Of a stretch of 64,000 nucleotides of DNA, positions 8,959-19,863 are shown piece by piece. The DNA is from Escherichia coli (GTDB lineage: Bacteria > Pseudomonadota > Gammaproteobacteria > Enterobacterales > Enterobacteriaceae): the NCBI RefSeq assembly GCF_003334255.1, contig NZ_QOWU01000012.1. One strand, given 5' to 3'. The notes under the pieces were generated by a model. The model had not been told where the DNA came from. It ran no database searches and saw nothing but the letters and a program-made list of their open reading frames with translations. A program made the position numbers and the translations under genes. How positions within the stretch are numbered: position 1 is the first letter of the stretch; each line of letters opens with the position of its first letter.

Positions 8959-10320
8959 TTAATATGCGCGCAGCGTCTGGAAAACCGAGGCCAAAAGACG
9001 TGCGTCTTTGATGCCCGGTTGCGACTCTACAGCAGAATTAAAATCAAGTCCGGCGCAGCCGGTTTGTGCCGCTTCCACGCAGTTATCTGCGCCTAAGCCC
9101 CCCGCCAGCAGAACGTTGCCAAGCGATTGACCATTTAATAGTGACCAGTCAAAACGTTGCCCGCTTCCACCCTGGCCGTTGTCTAAAACATATTTATCAA
9201 CGTGCTGAAACTCGCGGGCGGGCAGGGTTTCACCGACGCTTAATGCTTTCCAGATGGCAACATGTGCTGGCAGAGCTTCACGCAGCGTATCGATATACAG
9301 CTGTTCTTCATTACCATGCAGTTGCACTGCCGCCAGCGATAACACCTTAGCTTTGTCCACCACATCGGCAATATCGTGATTGCGGAACACGCCAACATAC
9401 TGCAACGGTGCCGCAGCCATCACTTCCTGCGCCTGTTCAACGTTGACGCAACGCGGTGATGTCGCAACAAAAATCAACCCACCGTAAATCGCGCCCGCGT
9501 CATAAGCTGCTTTAGCATCTTGCCCACGCGTCAGGCCACATACTTTATTCTCACCCAGCAACACCCGGCGCACGGCGGCGTGCAAATCGTCATGGGCCAT
9601 CAACGCCGAACCAATCAGAAAACCGTTAGCGAAGTGGCTTAACTCGCGCACCTGAGCGTAAGTATTGATGCCGGATTCGCTGATTACCGTCACGTTGTGC
9701 CCCAGTTTCGGCGCAAGCTCGCGGGTACGGTTGAGATCAATCGACAAATCACGCAGATCGCGGTTGTTGATGCCAACGACCTTTGCTCCCAATGCAATGG
9801 CGCGCTCCTGTTCCTCTTCATTACTGACTTCGGTCAGCACCCCCATCTCCAGACTGTGAGCGACGGCGGCAAGCTGGCGATATTGGTCGTCATCCAGTAC
9901 TGAAAGCATTAATAAGCAGGCATCGGCCTGGTAATAGCGCGCCAGATAGATCTGGTAAGGGTCGATAATGAAGTCTTTACATAAAATCGGCTGCGGGGCG
10001 ATTTGGCTGACGATGGGGAGGAAATTAAAGCTCCCCTGAAAATATTTCTCATCAGTCAGCACCGAAATTGCCGAAGCGTAATGTTTATAAATGGCGGCAA
10101 TGCGTGCTGGATCGAAATCATCACGGATCACGCCTTTTGACGGCGACGCTTTCTTGCACTCCAGAATAAACGCCGTGCGCGCACCCTGTAGCGCATCATA
10201 AAAATGTCGCGTGCTCGGCTGAACCTCATTCTGAAAACTGGCCAGCGGTTGCTGCTGTTTGCGGGCTTCTACCCAAATCGCCTTGTCTGCGACGATTTTC
10301 GCTAAAACGGTTTGCATCAT
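8959..10320 (-). CDS. trpC: Bifunctional indole-3-glycerol-phosphate synthase / phosphoribosylanthranilate isomerase (453 aa)
   Basis: 453-aa ORF between trpD and trpB, the length expected for fused TrpC(F). Confidence 0.95.
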
Positions 10321-11916
10321 TTACCCTCGTGCCGCCAGTGCGGTGACTCTGTCGTAAGCGGAACCACTGCGCAGTACCTCAAGAACGGTTTGCGCATTGG
10401 CTTGCAGATCTTCATGGCCATGCAGGCGCATTAACATGGCGACGTTCGCAGCGACGGCTGCTTCATGGGCGGCGTCGCCTTTACCTTGTAACAAACGTGT
10501 TAAAATGTCACGGTTTTCTTCCGGTGTTCCGCCTGCCAGTTGCTCCTGGTGGTAGGGTGTCAGGCCAAAGTCTTCTGCGGTGAGCTGATAGCTTTTAATT
10601 TCGCCGTCATGCAGTTCGGCAACGATTGTCGGCGCGTGTAATGAAACTTCATCCATCCCGCCGCTGTGCACCACCGCCGCGCGTTGATACCCCAGCACGC
10701 GCAAGGTTTCGGCAATCGGCAGCACCAGTTCCGGACTATAAACACCAATTAACGCCAGCGGCGGATGCGCCGGGTTAATCAATGGCCCCAGCACATTGAA
10801 CAGGGTGCGGGTTTTCAGTTGCTGGCGAACCGGCATCGCGTGGCGGAATCCGGTGTGATACTTCGGCGCAAAGAGGAAACATACACCTAACTCATCCAGC
10901 GCCTGGCGCGATTTATCGGCGTTCATATCAAGATTAATACCGAACGCCGCCAGCAGATCGGACGAACCAGATTTACTGGAGACGCTACGGTTGCCGTGTT
11001 TCGCCACTTTCAGCCCACAGGCCGCGGCGACAAACGCACTGGCGGTAGAAATATTGATACTGTTGCTGCCGTCACCGCCAGTACCGACGATATCAGCAAA
11101 CAGATAATCCGGGCGCGGGAACGGCGCTGCGTTTTCCAGTAGCGCGGTTGCTGCCCCGGCGATCTCGTTCGGGTGCTCACCGCGAATTTTCATGCTCACC
11201 AGCGCCGCCGCCAGTTGTTCCGGCTTCAGCTCGCCACGCACCACCGCTGAAAACAGCTGGTGGCTTTCTTGTTGGCTAAGCGTCTGCGCCTGATACAGTT
11301 TTTCCAGAATCGGTTGCAGCGTGTTGGCTGGCTCTAGTTTCTGCTGCGCCCAGGCCAGCGTTTGTTCCAGCAGGCGAGCGCCCTGGGTGGTGAGAATGGA
11401 TTCCGGATGGAACTGGAATCCACAAACGCGATCCGCATCGTGACGTACTGCCATCACCATGCCATTAAAATGGGCGTTGATGGTTAAACCGGCCGGAATG
11501 TTACTGCCAACCAGCGAGTGATAACGCGCCACCGGCAGCGGGTTTGTTAATCCGGCAAACATCGCCTGACCGTCATGTTCAATGCTGGAGGCTTTACCGT
11601 GGAGAATTTCGCCCGCCTGACCGACATAGCCCCCGTAAGCTTCGACAATCGCCTGATGTCCGAGGCAAATGCCAATAATGGGCAGCTTGCCACGCAAGCG
11701 GGTGAGGAGTTCCGGCATACAACCGGCTTCGCTCGGCACACCGGGGCCAGGAGAAAGCATCAGCACCGGATTGCTCATGGTCGCCAGGCGTTCAATTAAG
11801 GTTTGCGCCGGAATATGGTTGCGGTAAATCACCACGTTATGCCCATTGCTGCGCAACTGATCTGCCAGGTTGTACGTAAAAGAGTCGATATTATCGAGCA
11901 GCAGAATGTCAGCCAT
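10321..11916 (-). CDS. trpD: Anthranilate synthase component II (glutamine amidotransferase) fused to anthranilate phosphoribosyltransferase (531 aa)
   Basis: N-terminal GATase catalytic motif GICLGHQ; 531 aa; start overlaps the trpE stop. Confidence 0.95.
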   Translation of the reverse strand: MADILLLDNIDSFTYNLADQLRSNGHNVVIYRNHIPAQTLIERLATMSNPVLMLSPGPGVPSEAGCMPELLTRLRGKLPIIGICLGHQAIVEAYGGYVGQAGEILHGKASSIEHDGQAMFAGLTNPLPVARYHSLVGSNIPAGLTINAHFNGMVMAVRHDADRVCGFQFHPESILTTQGARLLEQTLAWAQQKLEPANTLQPILEKLYQAQTLSQQESHQLFSAVVRGELKPEQLAAALVSMKIRGEHPNEIAGAATALLENAAPFPRPDYLFADIVGTGGDGSNSINISTASAFVAAACGLKVAKHGNRSVSSKSGSSDLLAAFGINLDMNADKSRQALDELGVCFLFAPKYHTGFRHAMPVRQQLKTRTLFNVLGPLINPAHPPLALIGVYSPELVLPIAETLRVLGYQRAAVVHSGGMDEVSLHAPTIVAELHDGEIKSYQLTAEDFGLTPYHQEQLAGGTPEENRDILTRLLQGKGDAAHEAAVAANVAMLMRLHGHEDLQANAQTVLEVLRSGSAYDRVTALAARG

Positions 11917-13478
11917 CAGAAAGTCTCCTGTGCATGATGCGCGGTGGCAATAGCGCGCAGTACAGCGCGGGCTTTGTTACGGGTTTCGTCGGCTTCCGAC
12001 TGCGGAACAGAATCAAGGACTACACCAGCACCCGCTTGCACGGTGGCGATACCGTTTTCCACCAGCGCCGAGCGGATCACAATGCAGGTGTCGAGATCGC
12101 CATGCGCGGTGAAATAACCTACCGCGCCGCCGTAGCTGCCGCGGCGGCGACCTTCCGCCTCGGCAATTAACTGCATAGCGCGTACTTTCGGCGCACCGCT
12201 TAACGTCCCCATATTCATACAGGCGCGATAAGCGTGCAGGGCGTCAAGATCGTGACGCAGTTCGCCGACTACGCGAGAGACGAGGTGCATCACATAGGAA
12301 TAACGGTCAACTTTGGTGAGATCGGCGACGTAGCGGCTGCCGGGGGTGCAAATGCGTGCCAGATCATTACGGGCGAGATCAACCAGCATCAGATGTTCAG
12401 ACAGCTCTTTATGATCGGTACGCATTTCCAGTTCAATACGGCTGTCGAGATCTCTGTCCAGTGAACCATCGGCGCGACGACCGCGTGGGCGTGTTCCGGC
12501 AATCGGGTAGATCTCAATCTGGCGGCTGGTGGCATCATACTTGAGCGAGCTTTCCGGCGACGCGCCAAATAGGGTGAAATCATTATCCTGCATAAAAAAC
12601 ATGTACGGGCTGGGATTACTCTTTTTCAGCACGTAATAGGCCGCCAGCGGTGACGGGCAGGGCAGAGAGAAACGGCGAGATGGCACCACCTGGAAAATTT
12701 CTCCAGCGCGAATCGCTTTTTGCAACAAACGCACTACGCCACCGAACTCTTCATCGCTCTGATTACATTCACAACGCATATGCGGCACGGAAACCACTGG
12801 CAGCGGCGGCGCGGCTTCGGTCAGTTGCTGACGTAGTTCGTTCAGGCGAGCAGTGAGACGTTGTTTTTCTTCTTCATTCGGAGCAAACAGGCTGGCCTGA
12901 ATACGGGTGCTTTTTTTCTGATGGTCAATCACCATCAGCGTTTCAGCGAGATAAAAACAGAAATCAGGGCAGTTATTTTCCGCTGACAGTTGCGGTAAAT
13001 CTTCAAATCCCGCCACAAGGTCATAAGAGAACAGGCCGCCGAAGAACATGGCTTCTCGTTCTTCCTTCGGTACATTCAACAGATTCTGCAATAAACGGAA
13101 AGCGTCAAAAACCGAAAGGGAGCATAAGCGGGCGTCTTCATCCAGCAGTGGACTGACAGGGGGGAAGCGCAGCACACGGCAGTTTGGTGATTGTTCACTT
13201 TCCACACCCGCAGGCAGGGCGTTATCCAGTAGTGCCAGCAGGGCTTCGCCGTTGCCGGAAAGTGCCTGGATTGTGACAGTGTCACCTAAAGCTGTAATGC
13301 GCAGCGCACTGTCTACCAGCAGCAGGCTTTTTAAATCATCTTTGCTGTCGATATCTGCGGATTCCAGCAGCAGCGTTGCCGGACGATCCCCACACAACTG
13401 GTGAAAAAGCGCGGTGGGATTGTCGCGATAAGCGCCTTCGCAGGTTAGCAGTTCGAGAGTCGGTTTTTGTGTTTGCAT
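11916..13478 (-). CDS. trpE: Anthranilate synthase component I (520 aa)
   Basis: 520 aa starting [25 protein letters not shown]; first structural gene after the trp leader. Confidence 0.97.
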   Translation of the reverse strand: MQTQKPTLELLTCEGAYRDNPTALFHQLCGDRPATLLLESADIDSKDDLKSLLLVDSALRITALGDTVTIQALSGNGEALLALLDNALPAGVESEQSPNCRVLRFPPVSPLLDEDARLCSLSVFDAFRLLQNLLNVPKEEREAMFFGGLFSYDLVAGFEDLPQLSAENNCPDFCFYLAETLMVIDHQKKSTRIQASLFAPNEEEKQRLTARLNELRQQLTEAAPPLPVVSVPHMRCECNQSDEEFGGVVRLLQKAIRAGEIFQVVPSRRFSLPCPSPLAAYYVLKKSNPSPYMFFMQDNDFTLFGASPESSLKYDATSRQIEIYPIAGTRPRGRRADGSLDRDLDSRIELEMRTDHKELSEHLMLVDLARNDLARICTPGSRYVADLTKVDRYSYVMHLVSRVVGELRHDLDALHAYRACMNMGTLSGAPKVRAMQLIAEAEGRRRGSYGGAVGYFTAHGDLDTCIVIRSALVENGIATVQAGAGVVLDSVPQSEADETRNKARAVLRAIATAHHAQETF

Positions 13479-13499
13479 TGTTATTCTCTAATTTTGTTC

Positions 13500-13527
13500 A
13501 AAAAAAAGCCCGCTCATTAGGCGGGCT
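13500..13527 (-). terminator. trp attenuator (3:4 terminator hairpin with U-tract)
   Basis: Minus strand reads AGCCCGCCTAATGAGCGGGCTTTTTTTT between trpL and trpE. Confidence 0.9.
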
Positions 13528-13569
13528 GGGTATCTGATTGCTTTACGCATGGTGAATACACTGCCCGTT

Positions 13570-13614
13570 TCAGGAAGTGCGCCACCAACCTTTCAGTACG
13601 AAAATTGCTTTCAT
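13570..13614 (-). CDS. trpL: trp leader peptide, 14 aa, with tandem Trp codons
   Basis: Minus strand ATGAAAGCAATTTTCGTACTGAAAGGTTGGTGGCGCACTTCCTGA encodes [14 protein letters not shown]. Confidence 0.95.
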
Positions 13615-13640
13615 TGTCGATACCCTTTTTACGTGAACTT

Positions 13641-13680
13641 GCGTACTAGTTAACTAGTTCGATGATTAATTGTCAACAGC
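13641..13680 (-). promoter_or_regulatory. trp promoter with overlapping TrpR operator
   Basis: Minus strand TTGACA (13671-13676), 17-bp spacer, TTAACT (13648-13653); operator palindrome ACTAGTTAACTAGT across the -10. Confidence 0.9.
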
Positions 13681-13751
13681 TCATTTCAGAATATTTGCCA
13701 GAACCGTTATGATGTCGGCGCAAAAAACATTATCCAGAACGGGAGTGCGCC

Positions 13752-14633
13752 TTGAGCGACACGAATTATGCAGTGATTTACGACCTGCACAGCCATACCA
13801 CAGCTTCCGATGGCTGCCTGACGCCAGAAGCATTGGTGCACCGTGCAGTCGAGATGCGCGTCGGCACCCTGGCGATCACCGACCATGACACCACAGCTGC
13901 AATCGCGCCAGCAAGAGAGGAAATTTCACGTTCGGGACTGGCGTTGAATCTTATTCCCGGCGTGGAAATTTCCACGGTCTGGGAAAATCATGAAATTCAT
14001 ATTGTCGGGCTGAATATTGATATTACTCATCCGCTAATGTGTGAGTTCCTCGCGCAGCAGACAGAACGGCGCAATCAGCGGGCGCAGCTGATTGCCGAAA
14101 GACTTGAAAAAGCGCAAATACCTGGGGCGCTGGAAGGCGCACAACGACTGGCGCAGGGCGGCGCAGTGACGCGCGGTCATTTTGCGCGTTTCCTTGTTGA
14201 GTGCGGCAAAGCCAGTTCAATGGCGGATGTCTTTAAAAAGTATCTGGCGCGCGGGAAAACCGGATACGTTCCGCCACAGTGGTGTACAATAGAACAAGCT
14301 ATTGATGTCATTCATCATTCTGGCGGTAAGGCGGTGCTAGCTCATCCTGGGCGGTACAATCTTAGTGCTAAATGGCTGAAAAGATTGGTTGCGCATTTTG
14401 CCGAACACCACGGTGACGCGATGGAAGTCGCGCAGTGCCAGCAATCGCCCAATGAACGTACCCAGCTGGCGGCCCTTGCGCGTCAGCATCATTTATGGGC
14501 ATCACAAGGATCTGATTTTCATCAGCCATGCCCGTGGATCGAACTGGGTCGTAAACTCTGGCTGCCCGCAGGCGTTGAAGGCGTCTGGCAGCTATGGGAA
14601 CAGCCGCAGAACACCACAGAGAGGGAATTATGA
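13752..14633 (+). CDS. yciV: PHP-domain phosphoesterase (293 aa)
   Basis: N-terminal HSHTTASDG metal-binding motif typical of PHP domains; 293 aa. Confidence 0.85.
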   Translation: MSDTNYAVIYDLHSHTTASDGCLTPEALVHRAVEMRVGTLAITDHDTTAAIAPAREEISRSGLALNLIPGVEISTVWENHEIHIVGLNIDITHPLMCEFLAQQTERRNQRAQLIAERLEKAQIPGALEGAQRLAQGGAVTRGHFARFLVECGKASSMADVFKKYLARGKTGYVPPQWCTIEQAIDVIHHSGGKAVLAHPGRYNLSAKWLKRLVAHFAEHHGDAMEVAQCQQSPNERTQLAALARQHHLWASQGSDFHQPCPWIELGRKLWLPAGVEGVWQLWEQPQNTTEREL

Positions 14634-15250
14634 GCCAGTTTTTTTATATTCATCCTGATAACCCACAGCAACGTCTGATCAACCAGGCGGTGGAGATCGT
14701 GCGTAAAGGCGGGGTGATTGTTTATCCAACTGATTCCGGCTATGCGCTCGGCTGTAAAATTGAAGATAAAAACGCGATGGAGCGTATTTGTCGTATTCGC
14801 CAGCTGCCGGACGGTCACAACTTTACCCTGATGTGTCGCGATCTTTCTGAACTCTCGACCTATTCATTTGTTGATAACGTTGCGTTTCGTTTAATGAAAA
14901 ACAACACGCCGGGCAACTATACCTTCATCCTGAAGGGGACGAAGGAAGTGCCACGCCGTCTGTTGCAGGAAAAACGCAAAACCATCGGTATGCGTGTGCC
15001 TTCTAACCCTATCGCTCAGGCGTTACTTGAAGCATTGGGCGAACCGATGCTTTCCACTTCGCTAATGCTGCCAGGCAGCGAATTTACCGAATCGGACCCG
15101 GAAGAAATTAAAGATCGTCTGGAAAAACAGGTAGATTTGATTATTCACGGCGGCTATCTCGGGCAGAAACCGACAACGGTTATTGATCTTACCGATGATA
15201 CGCCGGTCGTGGTGCGTGAAGGCGTAGGTGATGTGAAGCCTTTCTTATAA
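14630..15250 (+). CDS. yciO: YrdC/Sua5-family protein YciO (206 aa)
   Basis: Start trimmed to MSQFFYIHP (206 aa); ATGA overlap with the yciV stop. Confidence 0.8.
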   Translation: MSQFFYIHPDNPQQRLINQAVEIVRKGGVIVYPTDSGYALGCKIEDKNAMERICRIRQLPDGHNFTLMCRDLSELSTYSFVDNVAFRLMKNNTPGNYTFILKGTKEVPRRLLQEKRKTIGMRVPSNPIAQALLEALGEPMLSTSLMLPGSEFTESDPEEIKDRLEKQVDLIIHGGYLGQKPTTVIDLTDDTPVVVREGVGDVKPFL

Positions 15251-15277
15251 CAAATTGCGTTCCACGGATGGAAGACT

Positions 15278-17173
15278 ATGGCAGGGAAGTTTCGCTGCAT
15301 TTTGCTGTTGATAGCAGGGCTGTTTGTATCATCTCTAAGTTATGCAGAAAACACGGAGATCCCTTCTTATGAAGAAGGGATCTCGCTCTTTGATGTTGAA
15401 GCCACTCTGCAACCAGATGGGGTGCTCGACATCAAAGAAAATATTCATTTTCAGGCGCGAAATCAGCAGATTAAGCACGGCTTTTATCGTGATTTACCAC
15501 GACTATGGATGCAGCCTGATGGGGACGCTGCACTGCTGAACTATCATATTGTTGGCGTCACCCGTGATGGTATTCCTGAACCCTGGCATCTTGACTGGCA
15601 TATCGGGTTAATGAGTATTGTCGTGGGCGATAAACAACGTTTCTTGCCTCAAGGCGACTATCATTATCAAATTCATTATCAGGTTAAAAATGCTTTCCTG
15701 CGTGAGGGGGATTCTGATCTGCTAATCTGGAACGTGACCGGTAACCACTGGCCGTTTGAAATTTATAAGACCCGTTTTTCTCTCCAGTTCTCTAATATTG
15801 CGGGTAATCCATTTAGCGAAATCGATCTCTTTACCGGAGAAGAGGGCGACACATATCGTAATGGCCGCATCCTTGAGGACGGAAGAATTGAATCCCGCGA
15901 TCCGTTTTATCGTGAAGATTTCACGGTCCTCTACCGCTGGCCTCACGCTTTACTTAGCAATGCCTCGGCTCCGCAAACGACGAATATTTTCAGCCATCTT
16001 CTTTTACCCTCCACGTCATCGTTGTTAATTTGGTTTCCGTGTCTGTTCCTGGTTTGTGGATGGTTATATCTCTGGAAGCGCAGGCCGCAATTTACGCCGG
16101 TAGATGTGATTGAAACCGATGTCATTCCGCCAGATTACACGCCCGGCATGTTACGTCTCGATGCGAAGCTAGTTTACGACGATAAAGGTTTTTGTGCCGA
16201 TATCGTAAATCTGATTGTGAAAGGAAAAATTCATCTGGAAGATCAGTCTGACAAGAACCAGCAAATCCTGATTCGTGTTAATGAAGGCGCGACCAGAAAT
16301 AATGCGGTATTACTGCCCGCAGAGCAGTTATTACTGGAAGCGTTATTTCGTAAAGGCGATAAGGTCGTTCTTACGGGGAGACGCAACAGAGTCTTACGCA
16401 GGGCATTTTTACGGATGCAGAAATTTTATCTGCCGCGTAAAAAGTCTTCGTTTTACCGGTCTGATACTTTTTTGCAATGGGGTGGACTGGCAATATTGGC
16501 GGTCATTCTTTACGGTAACTTGAGTCCTGTAGGCTGGGCAGGAATGAGTCTGGTGGGCGATATGTTTATTATGATCTGCTGGATTATTCCTTTTTTATTT
16601 TGTTCCCTTGAGCTTTTGTTTGCCCGCGATGATGACAAGCCTTGCGTTAATCGTGTAATCATCACTTTGTTTTTACCACTGATTTGTTCAGGCGTGGCCT
16701 TCTATTCTCTCTACATCAATGTCGGAGATGTATTCTTTTACTGGTATATGCCAGCGGGTTATTTTACCGCTGTTTGCCTGACCGGTTATCTCACTGGCAT
16801 GGGGTATATTTTTCTGCCAAAGTTTACCCAAACTGGACAGCAACGTTATGCCCACGGTGAAGCTATCGTTAACTATCTTGCGCGTAAAGAGGCAGCAACA
16901 CACAGTGGACGTCGGCGGAAAGGGGAAACACGGAAACTGGATTACGCGTTGCTAGGTTGGGCTATATCGGCAAATTTGGGGAGGGAATGGGCGTTACGCA
17001 TTGCCCCTTCGCTTTCTTCGGCGATTCGCGCTCCAGAGATTGCCCGTAACGGCGTTTTATTCTCATTACAGACGCACCTAAGTTGCGGGGCCAATACCAG
17101 TTTGTTGGGGCGAAGTTATTCCGGTGGTGGTGCTGGCGGCGGCGCGGGTGGCGGAGGCGGTGGTGGCTGGTAA
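15278..17173 (+). CDS. yciQ: DUF2207 membrane protein with Gly-rich C-terminus (631 aa)
   Basis: Signal-like N-terminus, predicted TM segments, C-terminal GGGAGGGAGGGGGGGW tail; 631 aa. Confidence 0.8.
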   Translation: MAGKFRCILLLIAGLFVSSLSYAENTEIPSYEEGISLFDVEATLQPDGVLDIKENIHFQARNQQIKHGFYRDLPRLWMQPDGDAALLNYHIVGVTRDGIPEPWHLDWHIGLMSIVVGDKQRFLPQGDYHYQIHYQVKNAFLREGDSDLLIWNVTGNHWPFEIYKTRFSLQFSNIAGNPFSEIDLFTGEEGDTYRNGRILEDGRIESRDPFYREDFTVLYRWPHALLSNASAPQTTNIFSHLLLPSTSSLLIWFPCLFLVCGWLYLWKRRPQFTPVDVIETDVIPPDYTPGMLRLDAKLVYDDKGFCADIVNLIVKGKIHLEDQSDKNQQILIRVNEGATRNNAVLLPAEQLLLEALFRKGDKVVLTGRRNRVLRRAFLRMQKFYLPRKKSSFYRSDTFLQWGGLAILAVILYGNLSPVGWAGMSLVGDMFIMICWIIPFLFCSLELLFARDDDKPCVNRVIITLFLPLICSGVAFYSLYINVGDVFFYWYMPAGYFTAVCLTGYLTGMGYIFLPKFTQTGQQRYAHGEAIVNYLARKEAATHSGRRRKGETRKLDYALLGWAISANLGREWALRIAPSLSSAIRAPEIARNGVLFSLQTHLSCGANTSLLGRSYSGGGAGGGAGGGGGGGW

Positions 17174-17383
17174 TTAAGCTGATGTTAATCGAAACAAGCT
17201 TTAACCATAAAGATAGTGTAGTATGTTGCGCCTCAAAGCCAGGCCGATAAACGTCGAGTCGTTTACTTAAGGCCTGAAGAGTTCAAACAGACTTTACTAT
17301 CAGTGAGTCAGATGTAAGTTCTGACTCACTGTTGCACAAAAGCATATCAGACGCCTGGGAAGGCGACACCAAAAGGAAGCTCT

Positions 17384-18259
17384 ATGAGCGAAAAGCTACA
17401 GAAAGTGCTGGCGCGTGCCGGCCACGGTTCTCGCCGTGAAATCGAATCTATTATTGAAGCCGGTCGTGTGAGTGTTGATGGCAAAATTGCTAAACTCGGC
17501 GATCGTGTTGAAGTTACCCCTGGATTGAAAATCCGTATCGATGGTCACCTGATTTCGGTACGTGAGTCCGCTGAACAAATTTGTCGCGTTCTGGCCTATT
17601 ACAAACCGGAAGGTGAGTTGTGTACCCGTAACGATCCGGAAGGACGTCCAACGGTGTTTGACCGTCTGCCAAAACTGCGTGGCGCACGCTGGATTGCCGT
17701 GGGTCGCTTGGACGTTAATACCTGTGGTCTGCTGCTGTTCACCACCGATGGTGAACTGGCAAACCGTTTAATGCACCCAAGCCGTGAAGTTGAACGTGAA
17801 TATGCCGTGCGTGTATTTGGTCAGGTTGACGACGCGAAACTGCGTGATTTGAGTCGTGGCGTGCAGTTGGAAGATGGTCCGGCAGCTTTTAAAACCATCA
17901 AGTTCAGCGGCGGCGAAGGGATCAACCAGTGGTACAACGTGACTCTGACCGAAGGCCGTAACCGTGAAGTTCGTCGTCTGTGGGAAGCGGTTGGTGTGCA
18001 GGTGAGCCGCCTGATCCGTGTTCGTTACGGTGATATCCCACTGCCAAAAGGTCTGCCACGCGGTGGCTGGACGGAGCTGGACCTCGCCCAGACTAACTAT
18101 CTGCGCGAACTGGTGGAGCTACCGCCAGAAACCAGCTCTAAAGTCGCTGTAGAAAAAGACCGTCGTCGCATGAAGGCGAATCAGATTCGTCGTGCGGTGA
18201 AACGTCACAGTCAGGTGAGCGGCGGTCGTCGTTCTGGCGGACGTAATAATAACGGTTAA
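17384..18259 (+). CDS. rluB: 23S rRNA pseudouridine synthase RluB (291 aa)
   Basis: N-terminal S4 domain followed by an RsuA-family synthase region; 291 aa. Confidence 0.9.
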
Positions 18260-18266
18260 TCAAAGT

Positions 18267-18293
18267 ATGCCGGACGTCATATCCGGCATTTTT
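18267..18293. terminator. Hairpin terminator between convergent rluB and btuR
   Basis: atgccgga-cgtcata-tccggcat followed by tttt. Confidence 0.7.
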
Positions 18294-18298
18294 ACAGA

Positions 18299-18889
18299 TT
18301 AATAATCGATCCCTATCTGCGCTTTTACACCGGCATCAAACGCATGTTTGACGGGGCGTAATTCACTTACCGTATCTGCCAGTTCAAGAATATCCCGATG
18401 ACAACCACGACCCGTGATAATCACCGTCTGTTGATGTGGACGTTCATTTAACGCCTGCACCACTTCTTCCAGTGGCAAATAGTCATACGCCACCATATAC
18501 GTCAGTTCATCAAGCAAAACCATATCCAGTGAGGAATCAGCAAGCATCCGCTTTGCATGTTGCCAGACTTCGCGGCAGGCGGCGGTATCAGACTCGCGGT
18601 TTTGTGTATCCCAGGTAAAGCCCGTTGCCATCACCTGAAACTCAACGCCATGTGGCTCCAGCAGATTGCGTTCGCCATTAGGCCAGGTGCCTTTAATAAA
18701 CTGCACGACGCCTACTTTTTTTCCGTGACCAACTGCGCGTGTTGCCGTACCAAATGCCGCGGTGGTTTTGCCTTTTCCATTGCCGGTAAAGACGATGATA
18801 ATACCGCGTTCATCCTGGGCCTGGGCCACACGAGCATCTACTTTTTCTTTCACTCGCTGCTGACGCTGTTGGTAGCGTTCATCACTCAT
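18299..18889 (-). CDS. btuR: Cob(I)yrinic acid a,c-diamide adenosyltransferase (196 aa)
   Basis: P-loop GNGKGKTTAAFG; 196 aa. Confidence 0.9.
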   Translation of the reverse strand: MSDERYQQRQQRVKEKVDARVAQAQDERGIIIVFTGNGKGKTTAAFGTATRAVGHGKKVGVVQFIKGTWPNGERNLLEPHGVEFQVMATGFTWDTQNRESDTAACREVWQHAKRMLADSSLDMVLLDELTYMVAYDYLPLEEVVQALNERPHQQTVIITGRGCHRDILELADTVSELRPVKHAFDAGVKAQIGIDY

Positions 18890-19644
18890 TGGGAAATTCC
18901 TGGTTTACGGCCCGGTTGGGCGTCAAAGGTCATGCCGGTTTTACGGCGGCTGTCATCGCCCATCAGCCAGAGGTAGAGCGGCATGATATCAGCGGGTGTT
19001 TTAAGTTTCTGTGGATCTTCGGTCGGGAAGGCGCTGGCACGCATTGCGGTGCGCGTACCGCCTGGGTTAATGCAGTTGACACGCAGGCGCTGCTGATATT
19101 CATCGGCCAGTACCTGCATCATCCCTTCGGTGGCAAATTTCGACGCTGCATATGCACCCCAGTTGGCTCGTCCCTGACGTCCAACGCTTGATGAAGTAAA
19201 GACCAGTGAACCGGCGTCCGATTTGAGTAATAAAGGAAGCAGTGCCTGGGTGAGCATAAAGGTGGCATTAACGTTGACCTGCATGACGTCCTGCCAGACC
19301 TGCGGATTTTGTTCGCTCATTGGGCAAACATCGCCGAGCAATCCGGCATTATGCAAAACACCATCCAGACGCGGATAATTAACGGCAATGCGCTGTGCCA
19401 GTTGTTGGCAATTTTCGGACGTGCAGGTCAGCAAATCGAGAATAAACCACTGTGGCTGACGCCCAGTTTCTTCGTTTATGTGGCTGGCTACCTGACGTAA
19501 TTTTTCTTCATTACGGCCCAACAGAATCACTGTCGCACCATAGCGTGCATACGTCATCGCGGCTTCACGACCAATACCATCGCTGGCTCCCGTCACCAGG
19601 ATAATGCGATCATTGAGTAAATCTTGTTTTGGCTGGTAATGCAT
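18886..19644 (-). CDS. yciK: Short-chain dehydrogenase/reductase YciK (252 aa)
   Basis: Rossmann motif TGASDGIG; overlaps the btuR start by 4 nt. Confidence 0.85.
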   Translation of the reverse strand: MHYQPKQDLLNDRIILVTGASDGIGREAAMTYARYGATVILLGRNEEKLRQVASHINEETGRQPQWFILDLLTCTSENCQQLAQRIAVNYPRLDGVLHNAGLLGDVCPMSEQNPQVWQDVMQVNVNATFMLTQALLPLLLKSDAGSLVFTSSSVGRQGRANWGAYAASKFATEGMMQVLADEYQQRLRVNCINPGGTRTAMRASAFPTEDPQKLKTPADIMPLYLWLMGDDSRRKTGMTFDAQPGRKPGISQ

Positions 19645-19863
19645 GGCTACTCCTCAACGACGTTGTCTGTCGCGCTGCCAGTGTACTTTATGACTTTGGG
19701 GCTTTATGCCTGAAACAGAAGGGCATTTCAATCAGCCTGGGGCGATAACACCGCAAAATGGATACTTTGTCATACTTTCGCTGCAATAACATCTCTGCGA
19801 GACGGCTTAACATGCCTGTTGTAAACTGTGAGCCAAAGCGTTGTTTAACCAAGGTGGGGACTC

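Noticed and set aside
17090-17173. Gly-rich C-terminal tail of yciQ (GGGAGGGAGGGGGGGW) as a possible repeat expansion or phase-variable tract
   Set aside because: In frame and at the protein C-terminus; I believe this tail is native to YciQ, and nothing indicates a frameshift.
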